A DNA stretch of 63,638 nucleotides. Source: an uncultured Methanosarcinales archaeon. GTDB taxonomy: Archaea; Nanobdellota; Nanobdellia; Woesearchaeales; JACPBV01. The translations under genes and the position numbers were made by a program. Location: positions 1 to 63,638 of the forward strand of contig CAZTWQ010000005.1 in NCBI GenBank assembly GCA_964618315.1, read 5' to 3'. The notes beneath the pieces are model-generated. The model did no database searches. It worked only from the letters and a program-made list of their open reading frames with translations, and was not told the origin of the DNA. Position 1 is the stretch's first letter. The number at the start of each line of letters is the position of its first letter. Below, one piece after another: positions 59,851 to 63,638 of the stretch.

Positions 59851-62800
59851 TTAGACTGCAGAATAAGGACAGAGAAGAAGCTTTGACTAATCTTAAGTAT
59901 ATCAAAGAGAGCAGGAAACAAGTTAATGAAGAGATCTCTGTAGCTCAGGCTGGTTTGTTGAAAGGGTTGATTACTCACAAAGAGTATGATGAGATTGTAA
60001 ATACTCAAATTGATGGTAAGAGCAGACTAGGATGGGTTGAGTTCTGCGATAGTTATATCAAGAGGCATAAGAATGATTATGTTGGTAGTTTGTTGAAAAA
60101 GAGTATTCCTGTGCTGGGTGTTTTATTGCTGCTCGTGATTGTAGGGGTTTGGTTTAAACCGTCTTTTACTGGTTTTGCTACTGTTACTTCTAGTTATAGT
60201 TATACTGATAATGTTGATTTAGATGTTAATTCTTCAGGTAATTATACATGGGTTATGGATAATGTTGGTTCTTTAGAATCGTTTAAGATAAAGGGTAAGT
60301 TTAAGGATTCTGGTATTGTTAGAGTTTATTTATCTAGTGGTGTTGATAAGTATCTTGTGTTTGATTCTAACAATTATAGGGATAAAAATGGTTTAGATGT
60401 TATTACTGGGTTGGTTGTTGGTGAAAATGAATTAATAAATGGGGAAGAATCAATAACAAATAATAATTCTAATGAAGAAGAAAATGACTTAATAAATGAA
60501 AATTTAATAACCAATGAAACTGATGATGAATCAATAATTGATGAAAATTTAATAAATGATGAAATAATAAATAAAGAGATAATACTAAAAACAAATGGTG
60601 GTGGGCTTAAGTCTGTGAATGATATTTTCTCGTTTTCTCTTGGGCCTTCTTTTAGTTGGGATGTTGATTCTTCTAAAGTGTGTACTAAGTGGGAAGTTAA
60701 TTCAGAGATTGCTGCTTGTTATGGTAGTTCTGGGTGTTGTTCATTCTTAGATATGGCTTCAAGTGGTTCTTTTGATGATGAATTTTATCTTTCGTATGGT
60801 AGGTATGGTTCTTTGCTTTCGAATGAAGTTAGTGCTCAGGTTATTTATTATGATATTGACTTATCTGTTCCTTATTCTGACATTAGTTATAGTAATGAAG
60901 TTGGATTAGATGCTGAGTTTTATGAGTATATCTCATTTAGTGATGAGTGTGTTTCTACTTGTTTGGTTTCTTTGAATGATAGTAGTTATAAGTTAATTTT
61001 TGATATTGAGGATAGTTCTGTTGAGATTGATTCTGTTTCCTATAGTGTTGAGCAGGATGTTAGTGGCGGTTCGAATACAGCCCCTATTTTAGTTAAAGAT
61101 ATTCCTGATATGGGGATTGATGATAATGGAAGATATAGTTTAGATTTAACAGACTATTTTGAAGACGATGATAAATTAACGTATTATTCACCTGGAATTA
61201 AAGGGGTAATCGTAATTAATGAACAAAACAACATTGTTTCTTTTGTTCCTTACTTTGATTACACAGGTAAACAAACTGCAACAATAATAGCTAAGAATGG
61301 ACTTAGTTTAACAGAAAGCAACAAATTTACTATAACAGTTGGGTCAGAAGTTATCAAAAAAACATATAATGAGCCACCTAAAAGGGTAAAGAATATTTCT
61401 GATATTACAATTGGAGTTAATGGTGAGTATAAGCTAGATTTAAGTCCGTATTTTAATGATGAAGATCCATTAAGATATAGTTATTATCATATTGATGATT
61501 TAACTATTACATTTGAAGGTTCTATTGCTATCATTAAGCCTGATTCTGGTTTTAGTGGTGATAAGTTTATTTTCTTTACAGCAAATGATACTAGTTATGG
61601 TACTCCTAGTAATGTGTTTAAGGTTAGTGTTGTAGATGGCTATGTTTCTAATGATTCTTCTAGAAATGAATCCATTGTCCAAGTTATGGCTGTAATAAAT
61701 GAACCAGTCAAGTGGGTTAAGAAAGTAGAACTAGATGAAATAAAGGATAATGTTTTAATTAACATAACCTCAGAAGCAATTGATATCAATGTTAAAAAGG
61801 TAATTAATAACATTGAATTAAACATAAGCGAAGATAAATTAAAAGTAAATGGTATCGATGGAATTAAAAACATTACAGAGTATGTTGCTTTGCAGAAGCT
61901 TGATTATATAGAAGAAAGGGTCGATACTTTAAATGAAAGGAAAAGGGGCCTCACTAGTGCTGAGACCAGGGAGATCAATGAAGAACTGTTAGAATTGAAG
62001 GAAGAAAGGAATGCCTTAACTGGTTATGTTATTGGTTATAAAAGTGGAAATGGGTGGTTGACCAGATTATTTGAATGGTTATTTAGGACAGATATCACAG
62101 GTTATGCTATATTAGAGGAAAATGTCAAGGAAACAAATATTACAGAATTAATAATTGAAGATAGTGTTTCTTCTGTAATAGTTGAGTATTATACTTCTGC
62201 ACCCTATGCAGAAGAAAATAAAATAAGTTCAATTAAAAAAGAAGTTACTATTATTGGTCCTGATGAAGTTCATTATACAGAAATATTAGCTTATTCTGAA
62301 CTTCCTTCAAAAGTATCTAGTTTAGAGAAAGTTAGATTATACTGGAATGTTAATAATAGTAGAGTTTCTGTTGAGTATGAAGCTTATGATCAAGATAATG
62401 ATGGTCTATATGATTATATTGAATGGGTTGTACCTCATTTGAGTGTACAAAACTATGAGATTATCTTGATAAGCAAAGCAGACCATCTTAATTCTAATAG
62501 AGAATTTATAAAAGATGTTTATGATGCTGTTAAAGAAAGAGATTATGGATACGCAAATATTTCAGATGGAGAATATCTGAGAGTTACATTTGAACAAAAA
62601 CTTGATTCGTCTAAAGATATTACTCTTTATGCAAGAGGTTCTGGAGTTGTTGAAGTGTATGAAGAAAATGAAAATGAATTATTGTTGGATTATAATATTA
62701 GTAAAGATAAAGAATATAAACAATACTTAACCGAGTTAGAAGAGAACCAAGATGTTTTTGATTTAAAAGTTATAGGTAATATTGAGTTTGATTATATTGT

Positions 62801-63638
62801 TGACCCTGTAGAACCTGACAAATATTTCATATCAACATGGAACACTTCAAAAACATCTTCAGGCTCAAGTGATGCAAGCTCTGTTCAACTCCCTTTAGAT
62901 GACGAGGGCATTTATAACTTTACAGTATCTTGGGGCGATGGAACAGAAGATAACATAACCGAATATAATCAAGCAGAAGTTACACATAGTTATTCCGAAG
63001 AGGGAACGTACACCATAAACATTTCAGGCATAATTGAAGGGTGGCAATTTAACAATGGAAGAGATAGGCTTAAACTAATAGATATTAGTCAATGGGGAGA
63101 TTTTAAACTAGGTTCAACCGGGGGATATTTTTATGGATGTACTAACTTAAACATTTCGGCAACTGATATCTTAAACACAAGCGGAACCACTTCTTTCATT
63201 AATGCGTTTAGAATTAGTGGGGTTTCAACCATTCCTAGTCTTGGAAGTTGGGATACTTCTGCGGCCCAAGACATGTCCCATATGTTTTATAATTCAGATA
63301 ATTTTAATGAAAATCTTACCGGATGGGATGTTTCAAATGTAACTACTACGTATAGAATGTTTTATTCAGCAGAAGCATTTAATGGAAGCATGCAAGATAT
63401 GAATTGGTCAAGTAATGCAAACTTTGCAAACATGTTTGAATCTGCAACAGCGTTCAACGGCAACGTAACCAACTGGCACATGGGAGATATAGAAGCAACA
63501 ATGGTAAACATGTTTGAAAACGCAGATGCATTCAACCAAGACATACACACCTGGGACACATCAAAAATAACAACCACATATCAAATGTTTTATTCAGCAG
63601 AAGCATTTAATGGAAGCATGCAAGATATGAATTGGTCA
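59847..63638 (+). CDS. N-terminal part (1264 aa, 3'-truncated) of a giant surface protein: cytoplasmic leader, TM helix, Ig-like/cadherin-like modules, conserved ...FDYIVDP cassette, PKD-like domain, DUF285 repeats
   Basis: Translated by hand, stop-free to the window end: MIRLQNKDRE...PVLGVLLLLVIVGVWFKPSFTGFA...YDYIEWVVPHLS...EFDYIVDP...FTVSWGDGT...VTHSY..EGTY...MFYSAEAFNGSMQDMNWS. Confidence 0.92.
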   Translation, partial: MIRLQNKDREEALTNLKYIKESRKQVNEEISVAQAGLLKGLITHKEYDEIVNTQIDGKSRLGWVEFCDSYIKRHKNDYVGSLLKKSIPVLGVLLLLVIVGVWFKPSFTGFATVTSSYSYTDNVDLDVNSSGNYTWVMDNVGSLESFKIKGKFKDSGIVRVYLSSGVDKYLVFDSNNYRDKNGLDVITGLVVGENELINGEESITNNNSNEEENDLINENLITNETDDESIIDENLINDEIINKEIILKTNGGGLKSVNDIFSFSLGPSFSWDVDSSKVCTKWEVNSEIAACYGSSGCCSFLDMASSGSFDDEFYLSYGRYGSLLSNEVSAQVIYYDIDLSVPYSDISYSNEVGLDAEFYEYISFSDECVSTCLVSLNDSSYKLIFDIEDSSVEIDSVSYSVEQDVSGGSNTAPILVKDIPDMGIDDNGRYSLDLTDYFEDDDKLTYYSPGIKGVIVINEQNNIVSFVPYFDYTGKQTATIIAKNGLSLTESNKFTITVGSEVIKKTYNEPPKRVKNISDITIGVNGEYKLDLSPYFNDEDPLRYSYYHIDDLTITFEGSIAIIKPDSGFSGDKFIFFTANDTSYGTPSNVFKVSVVDGYVSNDSSRNESIVQVMAVINEPVKWVKKVELDEIKDNVLINITSEAIDINVKKVINNIELNISEDKLKVNGIDGIKNITEYVALQKLDYIEERVDTLNERKRGLTSAETREINEELLELKEERNALTGYVIGYKSGNGWLTRLFEWLFRTDITGYAILEENVKETNITELIIEDSVSSVIVEYYTSAPYAEENKISSIKKEVTIIGPDEVHYTEILAYSELPSKVSSLEKVRLYWNVNNSRVSVEYEAYDQDNDGLYDYIEWVVPHLSVQNYEIILISKADHLNSNREFIKDVYDAVKERDYGYANISDGEYLRVTFEQKLDSSKDITLYARGSGVVEVYEENENELLLDYNISKDKEYKQYLTELEENQDVFDLKVIGNIEFDYIVDPVEPDKYFISTWNTSKTSSGSSDASSVQLPLDDEGIYNFTVSWGDGTEDNITEYNQAEVTHSYSEEGTYTINISGIIEGWQFNNGRDRLKLIDISQWGDFKLGSTGGYFYGCTNLNISATDILNTSGTTSFINAFRISGVSTIPSLGSWDTSAAQDMSHMFYNSDNFNENLTGWDVSNVTTTYRMFYSAEAFNGSMQDMNWSSNANFANMFESATAFNGNVTNWHMGDIEATMVNMFENADAFNQDIHTWDTSKITTTYQMFYSAEAFNGSMQDMNWS
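63250..63638 (+). repeat. DUF285 repeat tract with a 228-bp (76-aa) three-unit period; 55-bp perfect repeat at 63356-63410 and 63584-63638
   Basis: Direct comparison; the window ends exactly on the last base of the 55-bp repeat. Confidence 0.9.

Noticed and set aside
45922-61873. Short ORFs overlapping ilv/leu and other genes on the opposite strand, and antisense ORFs over 59698-63638
   Set aside because: They overlap well-supported genes and show no protein features.
1-63638. Proven circular contig or plasmid
   Set aside because: The terminal match is 23/26, not identical; no rep, integrase or partition gene is seen; SRP RNA is normally chromosomal. Kept only as a testable hypothesis.

Overview
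AT-rich archaeal DNA, most likely DPANN/Woesearchaeota-like. That assignment is an inference from the archaeal-type SRP RNA, TATA/BRE promoters, GGTGA Shine-Dalgarno sites, a TrmB regulator and TM-followed-by-TGF/TGY motifs. Bases 1-43163 are one uninterrupted, 5'-truncated ORF of at least 14,385 aa. It encodes a sequon-rich, C-terminally anchored surface protein built from Ig-like modules, 7 LamG domains, 8 copies of a scaffold carrying swapped cargo domains, Cys/Asp repeats and a DUF285 tract. An SRP (7S) RNA gene follows directly. Next is a mostly minus-strand block with branched-chain amino acid genes (leuC, leuD, leuB, ilvC, ilvD, ilvE; no leuA or ilvB/H here). Interleaved with them are a sigma-70-like protein, an AEC transporter, a TIM-barrel isomerase, a free-standing double-LAGLIDADG protein, an MBL hydrolase, an FAH-family protein, YunC and a His-heptad mini-protein. 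A divergent TrmB regulator has a palindromic candidate operator. Two genes are missing from the ORF track: a 50-aa AbrB/SpoVT-type regulator behind four phased 11-bp repeats, and, coupled to it, a 3'-truncated ORF (59847 to the end). That ORF is the N-terminus of a giant surface protein and runs into the same DUF285 super-repeat with which the window begins. Domain calls are by motif recognition only; no searches were run.
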